Shown in pieces: positions 33,460 through 44,200 of a stretch of DNA of 64,000 nt. This stretch comes from Alphaproteobacteria bacterium (GTDB lineage Bacteria; Pseudomonadota; Alphaproteobacteria; UBA828), in NCBI GenBank assembly GCA_965237415.1, contig CBDEFM010000002.1, positions 160,001 to 224,000 of the forward strand, given 5' to 3'. Every line of letters begins with the position of its first letter. The first letter of the stretch is position 1. The position numbers were made by a program, and so were the translations under genes. Below the pieces are notes generated by a model. It searched no databases. It was not told where the DNA came from and saw nothing but the letters and a program-made list of their open reading frames with translations.

Positions 33460-34863
33460 TGTCGGTAACACGCGATATGTCCGGTTTATGTACCAGATGA
33501 TCTGTCCGGTTTTAGAACGCCTCCAAGCCATGGAGGGCGGCGATGGGTCGGACGGAGCAGGTACAGGGACTGAGATTGATGAAGTTCGAGGAGGTTTACG
33601 GGCGCACCCATCGGGGTGGCTTGAGCCAGGCGGAGGCGGCGGAGGTTCTGGGTGTCTCGGAGCGCACCTTCCGGCGCTGGCGCGAGCGCTACGAGGCGGA
33701 GGGAGCCGACGGTCTCTACGACCGCCGCCTGGGCCGCCTCTCGGCGCGGCGCGCGCCGGCGGACGAGGTGGCGCGGGTGCTGGAGTTGTTCGACACCCGC
33801 TACTGGGACTTCACGGCCAAGCACTTCCACGAGAAGCTGGTCGCCGAGCACGGCTTCAAGCGCAGCTACAACTGGCTGCGGCTGAGCTTGCAAGCCCATG
33901 GGCGCAGGCGTGCGGCGCCCAGGCGTGGGGCGCACCGGCGCAAGCGGCCGCGCCGTGCGCTCCCCGGCATGATGCTGCATCAGGACGGCTCGAGCCACGC
34001 GTGGGTCCCCGCTCGATGGTGGGACCTGATCGTCACCATGGACGATGCGACCAGCGAGATCTACTCGGCCTTCTTCGTCGCCGAAGAGGGCACCATGTCG
34101 AGCTTCCAGGGGGTGTCCGAGGCGATCCGGGCCAAGGGCCTGTTCTGCTCGCTCTACGCCGACCGCGCCAGCCACTACTGGAACACGCCCGAGGCCGGCG
34201 GCAAGGTGGACAAGGACACCCCGACCCAGGTCGGCCGTGCGCTTCAGCAGCTCGACATCGAGCTGATCGCGGCCTATTCGCCCGAGGCAAGGGGGCGCTC
34301 GGAGCGCATGTTCGGCACCCTGCAGAAGCGCCTGCCCCAGGAACTCAGGCTCGCCGGCATCACCGAGATGGCCGAGGCCAACCGCTTCCTCAGGGAGCTC
34401 TACCTGCCGCTCCACAACGCCCGCTTCGCAACCCCGGCCGAGGATAAGGGCTCCGCCTTCGTGCCCTTCGCAGGCGCACTCGACGACATCCTCTGCGTGC
34501 AGCAGGAGCGCACCGTCGGCAACGACAACACCGTGCGCTACCACGGCCTGAGCCTGCAGATCCCACCCGCCCGCCATCGCCACCACTACGTCAAGGCAAG
34601 GGTCAGGGTGCACGAGTATCCAGACGGAACCCTCGCCCTCTTCCACGGCCCCAGATGCTTGGCCCGCTACAACGCCGACGGCGAGCCCATCGACAGCCAA
34701 ACCCGGCAGGCCGCGTGATCCGCTTCGACGCAGCCCGCCGGTGCCCTGTGGACAAGTGGACAGCCGCTCCGCGCCCGACCACTTCCCCACAGGCCCAACC
34801 ACATCAACAGAAGCGGTCAACTCATTTGGTACATAAACCGGTCAACTCAAAATGTTCTCGACA
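33460..34863 (+). mobile_element. Complete ISNCY-family (IS1202/ISLbi1-like) insertion sequence
   Basis: TGTCG...CGACA termini with shared CCGGTTTATGTACCA, and a 6-bp target duplication CGCCGG (33454-33459 / 34864-34869). Confidence 0.9.
33543..34718 (+). CDS. ISNCY transposase
   Basis: HTH, MLHQDGS.H.W, MDDAT, LYADR, AYSPEARGRSERMFGTLQ.RL. Confidence 0.9.
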   Translation: MGRTEQVQGLRLMKFEEVYGRTHRGGLSQAEAAEVLGVSERTFRRWRERYEAEGADGLYDRRLGRLSARRAPADEVARVLELFDTRYWDFTAKHFHEKLVAEHGFKRSYNWLRLSLQAHGRRRAAPRRGAHRRKRPRRALPGMMLHQDGSSHAWVPARWWDLIVTMDDATSEIYSAFFVAEEGTMSSFQGVSEAIRAKGLFCSLYADRASHYWNTPEAGGKVDKDTPTQVGRALQQLDIELIAAYSPEARGRSERMFGTLQKRLPQELRLAGITEMAEANRFLRELYLPLHNARFATPAEDKGSAFVPFAGALDDILCVQQERTVGNDNTVRYHGLSLQIPPARHRHHYVKARVRVHEYPDGTLALFHGPRCLARYNADGEPIDSQTRQAA

Positions 34864-34961
34864 CGCCGGTTGAAGATTCGGCCAAGGGGCGGCGCGGAGC
34901 GCATCGACGGTGCGCTTGGAGATGGTACGATGGTGTTGTCCGAGCATAGGCTCCCCGTGAC

Positions 34962-36353
34962 GAGCTATAGCTGAATCTTGGTGACGGTTTGGGTCAGGCG
35001 GCGGCTTGAGGTTGTTGCCTGACGGCTTCGATTCCGTCGATGAACTTTACGCCGACGATCAGCTTGGGCAACTGGTTGTGTCCGTCGAGGCGGCGCCAAC
35101 TGTTCTGTGCCGCCTGGGCGAGTTTGAAGACCATGGCGAGCGCCGTCTTGTTGGAGAGGCATCCCTTGGATCGCACGGTACGGTGTCGCACGGTGGCGAC
35201 TGTGCTTTCGATGGGGTTGGTGGTGCGCAGATGCTTCCAATGCTCGGCGGGAAAGTCGTAGAACGCCAGCATCGTCGCGCGATCCTTGACCAGGCATGCG
35301 GCCGCCTTGTCGTATTTGACGGCGTCGGTCTCGATGAAGGCGTCGAAGGCGCTGTCTGCGTCGTTCCTGGTCTCGGCCATCCAGATCTCCTGGAGAGCAC
35401 GCTTTGCCTTCGAGTGCTGGCTCTTGGGCAGCTTGTTGAGCACGTTGGCGGTCTTGTGCACCCAACAGCGCTGGCTGCGGGTCCGGGGCCACACCTCCTC
35501 GATCGCCTTCCAGAAGCCGAGCGCGCCGTCGGCGATGGCGAGTTCGGGCGCGACCGCGAGCCCGCGCCGTTTGAGGTCAAGTAGCAGCTCGCGCCACGAT
35601 TGGGCGCTCTCGCGCACCCCGTCGATGAGGCCTACGAGTTCCTTCTTACCCTCCGGCGTCGCGCCGATGATGACCAGCAGGCATTGCGCATCGTCCTCGA
35701 GCCGGGCCTGCACATGGATGCCGTCGGCCCAGAAGTAGACATAGTGCCTGGCCGACAGATCCCGCTTCAGCCAGTGCGCGTGCTGGTCCGCCCAAACCTC
35801 GGTGAGCCGCGCCACGGTCGAGGCCGACAGGCCGCCGGCGTCCGGCCCGAGCAAGGCCGCCAGCGCCACGGCGAAGTCGCCCGTGGAGATGCCCTTGAGG
35901 TAGAGCACGGGGATCGGGACTTCGAGGCTCGTCGAGCGCCGCGCATAAGGCGGCAGGAGCGCGGAGCTGAACCGGATGCGCTCGGCGCCCTGGCCCGTGC
36001 GGTCGCGAACGCGTGGCGCGCGAACCGCAACCGGGCCGATGCCGGTCATGATCTCGCGTTCGGGCAGGTGGCCGTGGCGCACCAGCCGTCGGCGGCCTTC
36101 TTCGGTGCGCGCCTCGGAGTGGCCATCAAGGAACCCGGCAACCTCCGCCTCGACCGCCCGCGCCAGCAGGGACCGGGCGCCGCTGCGCAGCACCTCGGTC
36201 AACCGATCGGAAAACGTCGATGGCTGGGAAAGCTTCAAAACGGTATTGTCACTCACGGCGTATCACTCCTTCGTTGGAGAAGTGGAGGCTCGATCACCCC
36301 CACGATACGCCGCCTTAACCCTTCACCCCGTCACCAACTTCTGGCCATAGCTC
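34962..36353 (-). mobile_element. IS256-family insertion sequence without a target duplication
   Basis: IRs GAGCTATAGCTGAATCTTGGTGACGG / GAGCTATGGCCAGAAGTTGGTGACGG. Flanks do not match each other. Confidence 0.88.
34994..36256 (-). CDS. IS256 (Mutator) transposase
   Basis: YLKGISTG, WADG, ADGALGFW, QRCWVHK, RTTNPIES. Confidence 0.92.
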   Translation of the reverse strand: MSDNTVLKLSQPSTFSDRLTEVLRSGARSLLARAVEAEVAGFLDGHSEARTEEGRRRLVRHGHLPEREIMTGIGPVAVRAPRVRDRTGQGAERIRFSSALLPPYARRSTSLEVPIPVLYLKGISTGDFAVALAALLGPDAGGLSASTVARLTEVWADQHAHWLKRDLSARHYVYFWADGIHVQARLEDDAQCLLVIIGATPEGKKELVGLIDGVRESAQSWRELLLDLKRRGLAVAPELAIADGALGFWKAIEEVWPRTRSQRCWVHKTANVLNKLPKSQHSKAKRALQEIWMAETRNDADSAFDAFIETDAVKYDKAAACLVKDRATMLAFYDFPAEHWKHLRTTNPIESTVATVRHRTVRSKGCLSNKTALAMVFKLAQAAQNSWRRLDGHNQLPKLIVGVKFIDGIEAVRQQPQAAA

Positions 36354-36567
36354 TCCACAATGATGCCGAACGCAATTTCCGTGACGACTGCCGCTGCGTT
36401 TCCGACCTCTCCCACCGCATACCCCCACAGACCCATCGCCATGGCGGCCGGAACGAAATTGGGTATCAAACTGATCGGGCCGAGACGCACGCTCCTGAAG
36501 ATGAAGATCAGGAGCAAGGAGACGATGCCCATCGCGGTAATTGTACCGATCAGCATGTTTTTTATAT
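36354..36567 (-). pseudogene. Internal fragment of an MMPL/RND-type membrane protein
   Basis: ..LIFIFRSVRLGPISLIPNFVPAAMAMGLWG...IAFGIIV, cut at one end by IS256 and at the other by an IS1595 end. Confidence 0.7.
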
Positions 36568-37027
36568 GGCTCAATTAGTAAATCGTATGCGTCATCTTGT
36601 TACGGCGGCGGCGAGGCAGGCGCGATCATTGGCGCCGGGGGCGAGGCCGACGAGGTGGAACCAGCTCAGATAGTTGTCCAGATAGCGGGTGGCGACCCCG
36701 CGGCGAGGTCGCAGGAAGTCCTTCCTCCGGCTGTGGCGGCTGTTCACCGTCTGCACATGCAGATCGCCCCGAACCCGTTCCCCAATCGACCGGTTGAGTG
36801 CTTCGTGGCTCACCCCGAGCGCGGCGGCGCACGGCGGGTAGCTCGCGCCGCCGTCGGAGACCAGCAGGGCGTCCCTGGCGAGCACCGGATCGAGGGCGGC
36901 CGTGAGGGCCGTCGCGTCAACCCTGGGCAGCACCGCGCTGAACGTCGTCCCGCTCCGGTCCGCTGCCATGAGAACCGGCACCTGCTCGCGCGAGAGGCCA
37001 CGCTTCTTCGCCTTGCCGCCCCGCCGC
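36568..37027 (-). mobile_element. IS1595-family element, 3' portion (right IR plus transposase C-terminus)
   Basis: IR GGCTCAATTAGTAAATCGTATGC; RRGGKAKKRGLSREQVPVL, LVSDG, HVQTVNSRHSR, GVATRYLDNYL.WF. Confidence 0.85.
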
Positions 37028-37419
37028 CGTGCCCGCCCGCGTTTCCCAGCGTCGCTCGCGATAGCCGTTGCGATGGGTGATACGATCCGCCGAGCGCTCG
37101 CCGTGAGCGGCGCCGGTCAGGCCCTCGACCTCCAGTGCCATCAGCCGCTCGGCCGTGAAGCCGATCATCTCGCGAAGCAGATCGGCGTCGGAACTCTTCT
37201 CCAAAAGCGCGCGCAGGGTCATCATGTCCTGGGTCATCGTGGTTCTCCTTCGGGTCAGGTTGGTTCGCTCTAGCCCAGCCCTAAACCGGAACCGCGATGG
37301 CCTCCGCTGTGGATAGCCGGCTTGCCTACGCCAGACTCTCGGCGGTCGCTACGGCAAGCCGCCTACCCACAGCTACCAGAGGCTCCAACAACTCCTACAC
37401 CACGTCCTGGGACACGACC
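37028..37419 (-). mobile_element. Truncated IS256 of a second type (left IR plus transposase N-terminus)
   Basis: IR GGTCGTGTCCCAGGACGTGGTGTAGG; MTQDMM..LLEKSSDADLLREMIGF...RNGYRER.WETRAGT, then cut. Confidence 0.85.
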
Positions 37420-37499
37420 GGGTTCGGTGCCGATCGGCGCGGTAATGCATTGATCTTACTGGATTACGAGGGGTCAACAAAGCACGCTTAGCAACACGC

Positions 37500-37940
37500 C
37501 TGTCGGGCGACGAGAAGAAACTGTTCGACGCGGTTGCGCGGTCCTATCTGACATCGGTCATGCCCGATTACCGCTACCGGCAGACGACCGTGACGCTGAA
37601 TGTCCTCGGCTTCGCGTTCCGCGCGGCGGGCCGCCAGCCGATCGAGGTCGGCTGGCACGATGCCTTTCCCGATTGGCGGCCGGCCGAGGAGAAGGGCGAG
37701 GAGGCGCAGGCGCTGCCGGTGCTGCGCGACGGGGAGACCGCCCGGCTGCGCGATCCGGAGATCGAGGACAAGGAGACCCGGCCGCCGCCGCGCTACAAGG
37801 AGGGCACGCTGATCGAGGCGATGCAGAACGCCTGGCGCTTCGTGGAAGACGAGGCTCTTCGGGACCGCCTCAAGGAGGCCAAGGGGATCGGCACGCCTGC
37901 GACGCGGGGAGAGATCATCGCGGGGCTCAAGAAGCAGGGC
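37500..37940 (+). pseudogene. Internal fragment of plasmid-type DNA topoisomerase III
   Basis: KETRPPPRYKEGTLIEAMQNAWRFV...GIGTPATRGEII.GLK.Q. No native start or end. Confidence 0.8.
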
Positions 37941-38131
37941 TGCCGTCGATACCTGGCGGGAAGATCGGGAGATTGCCCCGGCTCGAAGGCCGAGGTGACA
38001 AATGGAGGGCGGCCCGAAATGCGGTTCAATCCGAAAGGACTGTGCTCTAAAGGCAACATACCAGACTACAGAAGTGAAAATAGTTTTACGTAGTACTACT
38101 GAGTAGAGTGCCTCTATTGTCCTCGCCCGTT

Positions 38132-38260
38132 TCATTCGATCTCTTGCAGAAATTCGAGCATTAACTCCCGGCATTTCTCCGGTGCTTCGATCTGGTGCAT
38201 GTGGGAGGTTTCCGGGACAAAGTCGTAATCGACATGAAGCCACTCCTGCGGATCGCGGAC
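38132..38260 (-). pseudogene. Probable C-terminal fragment of an alpha/beta hydrolase
   Basis: VDYDFVPETSHMHQIEAPEKCRELMLEFL* resembles the catalytic His tail. Confidence 0.4.
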
Positions 38261-38486
38261 GAGCTCGACGCAGCCGCGCGCAGAGCCCCGAGCGCGTTCC
38301 TTCCGGAACGGGGAGGCGCTTGGCAAACTGCCCGGATGCAACCCCGGCGCGCTGCGCCAGGCCGCGCGCGCAGCCGAAGCCCTGGGAAAAGAAGACGGGG
38401 ATGGTATGCGCCGGTGGGAGGAGGGTAGACACGGGGCCGTCCGTCCCCGCCGCCGGTCCCCGCACGGATACCCGCCGCAGCACGCC

Positions 38487-39700
38487 CTACCAGCGCGCTG
38501 ACATCCTCAACCCGATCCGGTCCTCGGGCGCGCGGTCGTCGTTCGCGGCATCGAGCCGCGATCCCTCCAGTCTGAGCTCGAAGCCCTCGCGCCGCGCGCC
38601 TTCGAGCCGCCAGCCGAGCCCGAACCCGATCACGTGCTCCGTCCCGCTGTTGTCCGTCACGCTCTCGCGCCGCGTGCCCTCTACATCGAGGCCGAACACG
38701 AACCCTTCGCTCCGCGCCTCTGCAAGACGCCAGTTGTGGATGTATTCGCGGCCGGTCTCCGTAAGGCCGAAGCCGATCTCCGGCGTGCCCGTGTAGCGAC
38801 CCCCGAACAGCGGGAACCCGTAGCCGAACCGCGTCTCGAGCCGGCGCTGCAGCAGATCGTCCCCCTCATCGTTCGCCGTACCCGGCGCCGGCGCGGTCTC
38901 GCGCCCGAACAGCGCGTCCATGCCGCCCGTCGCAGACGCCCCCACCCTCTGGCTCAGCGTGAACCTCGGCCCCAGGTCCGAGGACGGGGCCGGATCCCAG
39001 GCGAAGGAGCCCGTGAAGCCGCGCTCGCGGAAGCTTCCGTCCTCATGGGTCAGCAGGCCCCTGGCGCGCACCTCCGCTGCGATCCCATGCGCGGGGTCCG
39101 ACCAGGCGATGCCTGCGCCGATATCGGCCCCGAAGCCCGTCTCCGCGTCGCCACCGTCCTGGCGTACCCCGATCTCGAAGCCCGGCACGAGCGAACCGCC
39201 GCCCTCCGTCTCGATCCCGCGCCACGTCCCTTCGAAACCGAAGCGGACCCTTGTGACCTCCGCCTCCGAGGCCGCGATGCTGCCCGCGCTCCCACGCACC
39301 TCGTCGGACGCAGTCTGCACAACCATCGCGTCCGCGGTCGCCGCGAGCTCGAGCCCGCCGTCCGCTGGCGGCTTCACCACCACGCTGCGCCCGCCCACGG
39401 CTGCCATGCTGAGGTCCATGTCGGTCTCGATCGGCGCCTGGCCTTCCGGCGTCAGCGTGAGCGTGCCCGTGCCGTAGCCCACAACGCCCCATAACGACAG
39501 CCGCTCGCTCACGTCATAGCGGCCGTAGGGATAGACGCCGGTGAGCGTGCTCTCCACCGCGCCGCCGCCGGCCGGCGAGCGATAGTCGCCCTCGCCGCGC
39601 GAATGCGCCACCGCCAGCCCCGCACTGCCGCGACCGCCCGTCCAGTCGGCGCCCACCATCGCGCTCGCGACCTCGCCGTCGAGGGTGCCCACGAGTGTTT
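38487..39700 (-). pseudogene. 5'-truncated autotransporter-like beta-barrel domain
   Basis: Gly-rich amphipathic beta strands (MVGADW, TGVYPYG, RQDGGDAETGFG) and terminal W. No passenger domain or signal peptide. Confidence 0.7.
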
Positions 39701-40076
39701 TGCTTGCGCGCCATTCCACGGTCTCCCGCTCCCGGATCGCGGGATCGCCGCCGGGTTGAGTCCCGGGATGCAGTGACTGCCCGGCTCCGGAAACGCGGTG
39801 CGGCCGGAATGGAACGCCCCCCGACTTGTCCCCGAACTCTCGCGGGACAGCCCTGGCGATGTCCTCGATTGCCGGGCCTCTGCGCAGCGCCAACTGGACG
39901 TCAGCCTGCTTGCGCCTTCTCCTCAATTGTTTGGAACGGTCATCGGCGATGGGTGTTATTCTGCCGGCGAATTGGCCGTCCCGTGGTCCGCGTCACGCGG
40001 ATGCGGATAAGGGAGAAGGCGCGGCGGATGGCATTGCTGACGTGCCTTTTGCATGTCCGCAGAGGAGGATCGCGCC

Positions 40077-41198
40077 ATGAATTCCACCAGCCACGATGAA
40101 AACGAGTCGCCGCCGCCGGAGGACGAGGATCGGAGTCTTCTGTTCGGGCCGCCGAAGGAGGGAACGGAGCCGGCAGGGGACAGGCAGAAGCCGCGCCGTG
40201 CGGGCGCGAGTGCCTCGTCGCCGCCATCCCGGACTTCCCCGCCTGCGGCGGAGGCGGTGGCGGAACCGTCGGACCCTTCGGGCCGCGCCGGACCGGCCGC
40301 GTCGTCCGACGGGGTCCAGCGGCGGATTCTCGCCCTGCTGGAGGACCTGGAGGAGAAGGTCGCGGGCCCGGCGGCTGGCGAGAGCGATCTTGCCGCGGCG
40401 GTTCGGAGCATCGCCGAGCAGGCGGAGCAGATCGGCGCGGCGACCGAGTGGATCAACGACGTCAAGGCGGCGATTTCGGCGGTCCTGGCGTCGACCGGCA
40501 AGCAGATCGAAGGGCTGGAGAGCGCACAGAAGGATCACGACGCGGCGTTGGCGCGGCTGAAGATCCTGGAGGAGGGGTTGGACAAGGTCGTGCAGGCGCT
40601 CGAAGCCACGGCGAAAGGCCTCGACGAGAGGTCGTCGGAGTTGAAGGAGGTCAAGCAGGAACTCGCCGAGTATTACGAGAACTGGACCACCGAGGCGAAG
40701 ACCGGCCTCGCCGAGATGAAGGCGCTGTCGAAGCGGCTCGACGCGGGCGACCATATGGTGACCCGGCTGGAGGGATCGATCGGACCCTGGACCGACCAGA
40801 TGGAGAAGAGCATCGGGGCGAACAGCGCGGCCCAACTCGCTGCCGCCGAGAAGACCGCCGGCAATGTGACGCAGCTCGCCACGACGGGCACCGAGTTCCT
40901 GAAGGCTTTCGCCACAGCCAGAGGAGCGGCACTGAAGGAGGCCCGGCAGGAGTGGACGCGCATTCGGCGCTGGACGGTACCGGCGCTGGCAATCGCCCTG
41001 GTGCTCGCCGCGCCGTTGTTTGTGTTTGCAGGCGCGCTTGGGCAGAGCGAGTTCGGCATCTTCGACCCTTATGACGATACTGGGGGCTGGAAGGAGGAAG
41101 TGTGGAAGCTCTATGGCGAGCCGGTCCAGGACTGCATGCTTGATTCCAAGCGGACGACGCAGGTGATCGGATGCAGCTTCGACGTCGTTTGGCGCTGA
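40077..41198 (+). CDS. Hypothetical coiled-coil protein with a C-terminal TM helix, upstream of the relaxase
   Basis: GAGGAGG RBS, disordered acidic N-terminus, heptad-rich middle, TM WTVPALAIALVLAAPLFVFAGAL. Confidence 0.7.
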   Translation: MNSTSHDENESPPPEDEDRSLLFGPPKEGTEPAGDRQKPRRAGASASSPPSRTSPPAAEAVAEPSDPSGRAGPAASSDGVQRRILALLEDLEEKVAGPAAGESDLAAAVRSIAEQAEQIGAATEWINDVKAAISAVLASTGKQIEGLESAQKDHDAALARLKILEEGLDKVVQALEATAKGLDERSSELKEVKQELAEYYENWTTEAKTGLAEMKALSKRLDAGDHMVTRLEGSIGPWTDQMEKSIGANSAAQLAAAEKTAGNVTQLATTGTEFLKAFATARGAALKEARQEWTRIRRWTVPALAIALVLAAPLFVFAGALGQSEFGIFDPYDDTGGWKEEVWKLYGEPVQDCMLDSKRTTQVIGCSFDVVWR

Positions 41199-41244
41199 TT
41201 GGAGCGGGGCGGGCGGCGCTGATTCTGCGACCGGGGACTGAGGG

Positions 41245-44200
41245 TTGACCGCGAGTCTGATCGATCTCAGCTCGGTGGGCACGACGGTCAAGTATTTCAC
41301 GGTCGCGTATTACGAGGCGGAGGGCTACTACGCGAAGAACGACCCCCGCCACCGGCGGGCGAGTTTCTGGCACGGCGAGGGGGCGGCGGCGCTGGGTCTG
41401 CCGCAGCACGTTTCGCCCAGGACCTTCGAGCGCGTTCTTGCCGGTTACGTGCCGGGGACGGAGATCCGGCTCGGCCGGGCGCGCGACGGGGAGCACCAGC
41501 ACCGCCCGGGGCTCGATCTCACGCTGTCTGCGCCGAAGTCGGTGTCGCTGGAGGCGTTGCTCTACGGCAACCGCCGGGTGCTTGGGGCTCACGACGCGGC
41601 GGTCAGGTCGACGCTGGACTGGGTCGAGGCCGAGTTGTTGCAGACGCGGGGCTACGACCCGGCGACGGGGCGGCGCCCCCGGGTGGCGGCGGACGGGCTG
41701 GTGGCGGCGGGGTTCCGGCACCTGACGAGCCGGAACCAGGACCCGCAGCTTCACACGCACTGCATTCTCGCCAACATGACGCGCAACCGGGCCGGGGAGT
41801 GGCGGAGCGTGGAGCCCACGGAGATCCGCCGCAACGTGAAGCTGATCGGCGCCTATTACCGCCAGGAGCTGGCCCGGAGGCTGATCGCGCTGGGCTTCCG
41901 CATCGAGACGACGATGATCGGCGGGGTTCCGGGCTTCGAGATCGCGGGCTACCCGCGCGAGATGCTGGATACGTTCTCGACGCGGCGCCGCGAGATTCTT
42001 GCCTGGCTGGACGCGCACGGCCTTCCGTACAGTGCGGCGCTGACGCAGCAGGCGGCGCTGATCACCCGCAAGCGCAAGGTCGACAAGGACCTCGACACGC
42101 TGAAGGCGGAGTGGAAGGCGCGGGCGGAGGGGATTGCCCACGACCGCAGCCTTGCCCGGCAGGGTCGTGCGCAAGACGGGCGCCAGTCACGAAAGACCTC
42201 CAAAGGCCGGCCCTATGTTCGGACGGAACAGGAGCTGCGGCCCGAGCCTCCGGGGCTCAGCGTCCGCGAGGTGGTCTGGCGGGCGGTGGAACATCTCGCG
42301 GAGCGCGCGTCGGTATTCCGGGAGAGCGACGTCCGGGCGATCGCGCTGAGCCATGCGCCGGGCCGGCATGGACTCGGGGAGATCGACGCGGCGGTGACGG
42401 GGCTGCTGGCCGACGGCCACCTGGTGGAGGCCAGGGTGCGGAGCGGACGTTCCTTCGTGACGGCCGACGCGCTGCGCTCTGAGCGCGAGATCATGTCCCG
42501 CATGCGCGATGGGATCGGCGCTGCCGAGGCGCTGACGGAAGAAGCGCGCGTATCGCATCGGATGGGACAGACGATCCTCACCGAGGGGCAGAGGGAGGCG
42601 GTGCGCACGATCCTGCTGTCGCACGACCGCATCGTCGCGGTGCAGGGCGTGGCAGGAGCCGGCAAGACGACGATGCTGCGCGAGGTGCTGGATCTGATCG
42701 GCGAGCGGAAGGCGATCCTGCTCGCGCCGTCGGCTGCGGCGGCCCGGGTGCTGGCCGACGAGACCGGCGCCAGGGTGCGCACCGTGCAATGGTTCCTGAC
42801 GCGCTACGGCGACCTCGGCAATGCGGCGAAGACGGCCATCGCAAGGCGCGAGCACGAGGGCTCGGTGCTGGTGCTGGACGAGTCGTCGATGACGTCGACG
42901 GCGCAGATGCAGCTCCTGATGCGGATCTCGGAGCGCCTGCGCGTCGCGCGGCTGGTGCTGGTCGGCGACCGCGGCCAGCTGCGCGCGGTCGGTGCAGGCG
43001 AGCCGTTCCGCGCCCTGCAGGATGCGGGCATCGCCATGGCCGAGATGGACGAGATCCTGCGCCAGCGCGATCCGGGCCTCAAGCGCGCCGTGAAGGCTCT
43101 GCAACAGGGCCGGGCGGCGGAAGCGGTGCGGGGGTTTGGCGAAGTGCGCGAGGTGCCGCACGAGGAGTTGGGGGCGGAGGCGGCCCGGCTCTGGCTCGCA
43201 CTCGATGAGGAGCAACGTGCGGGAACGGCGATCCTCGCGCCCACCCACTTCATCCGTGCCGAGATCCACCGCGTGGTGCGCGAGGGGCTCGCCCGTGAAG
43301 GGGTGCTGCATGGACGCGAGCTCGAGATCGAACGCTACGTGAACCGGCACCTGACGGCGGCCCAGAGGGCGGACGTCCGCCACCACGAGCCGGGCGACCT
43401 CGTGATCTTCCACTCGCGGGTGCCGCCGCTCCGGGTGGACGAAGGAGATGCCTGCCGGATCGCACGCGCCGAGGACGGGTTCGTCTTCCTCGATCACCCC
43501 TCGGGGCGCACGGTCCGCATCCGGCCGGGCGACAGCTGGGTGCGCTACCGTTTCGGGATCTACGAGACGGCGCGCATCCGGATCCGGGCGGGCGACCGGG
43601 TCCGCTGGACCAGGAACGACAAGCGGCACGACCTCCTCAACGGAGGGGAGGCGGTGGTGCTCGGGATCGACTCCCGCCGGGTGCGCTTCGACCTCGGCGG
43701 CGGAAAGCCGCTGTCGCTTGCCCGCGACGACCCGCAGCTCCGTCATATCGACTACGCCTGGAGCACGACCATTCACGCGGCGCAGGGAATGACACGGGAC
43801 GCGGCGATCGGCGTGCTGGATACCGGGCACGGCCGGCTGACCGGCCAGGCGGGGCTCTACGTGGAGGCGAGCCGGGCGCGGGACCGCTTCGTGCTGGTGA
43901 CCGACAACCGCGAGACCCTGGAGGAGGCGCTGGAGGAGAACGATGGCGCGCGGTTGACCGCGCGGGAGGCGGTGGGTGAGACGGACCTGCCGGCCCAGCC
44001 GCCGGATGCGGCGAGCCGGATGCTGCGTGATCTGCGGGACGACTGGCGTGCCCTCCTGGCACGGGCCGAAGCCGAGACTACCGAGCTCAACCGGATGGAG
44101 GGCTACGCCCGGATCGTGACCGGCATGCAGGCGCTTGCGGCCGGCCTGTATCTGCCGCCGGAGATGCAGGCCTTCGTCGACGAGGTGCGGCAGCGGGACG

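Noticed and set aside
34719-34810. Hairpin-rich tract (CCTGTGG...CCACAGG) as a novel ncRNA; similar tract near 37307-37372
   Set aside because: Both lie within IS boundaries and are most simply explained as IS subterminal structures.
38487-39926. Full-length 479-aa ORF as one functional gene
   Set aside because: The N-terminal ~75 aa are unrelated sequence joined to a truncated barrel, and there is no signal peptide.
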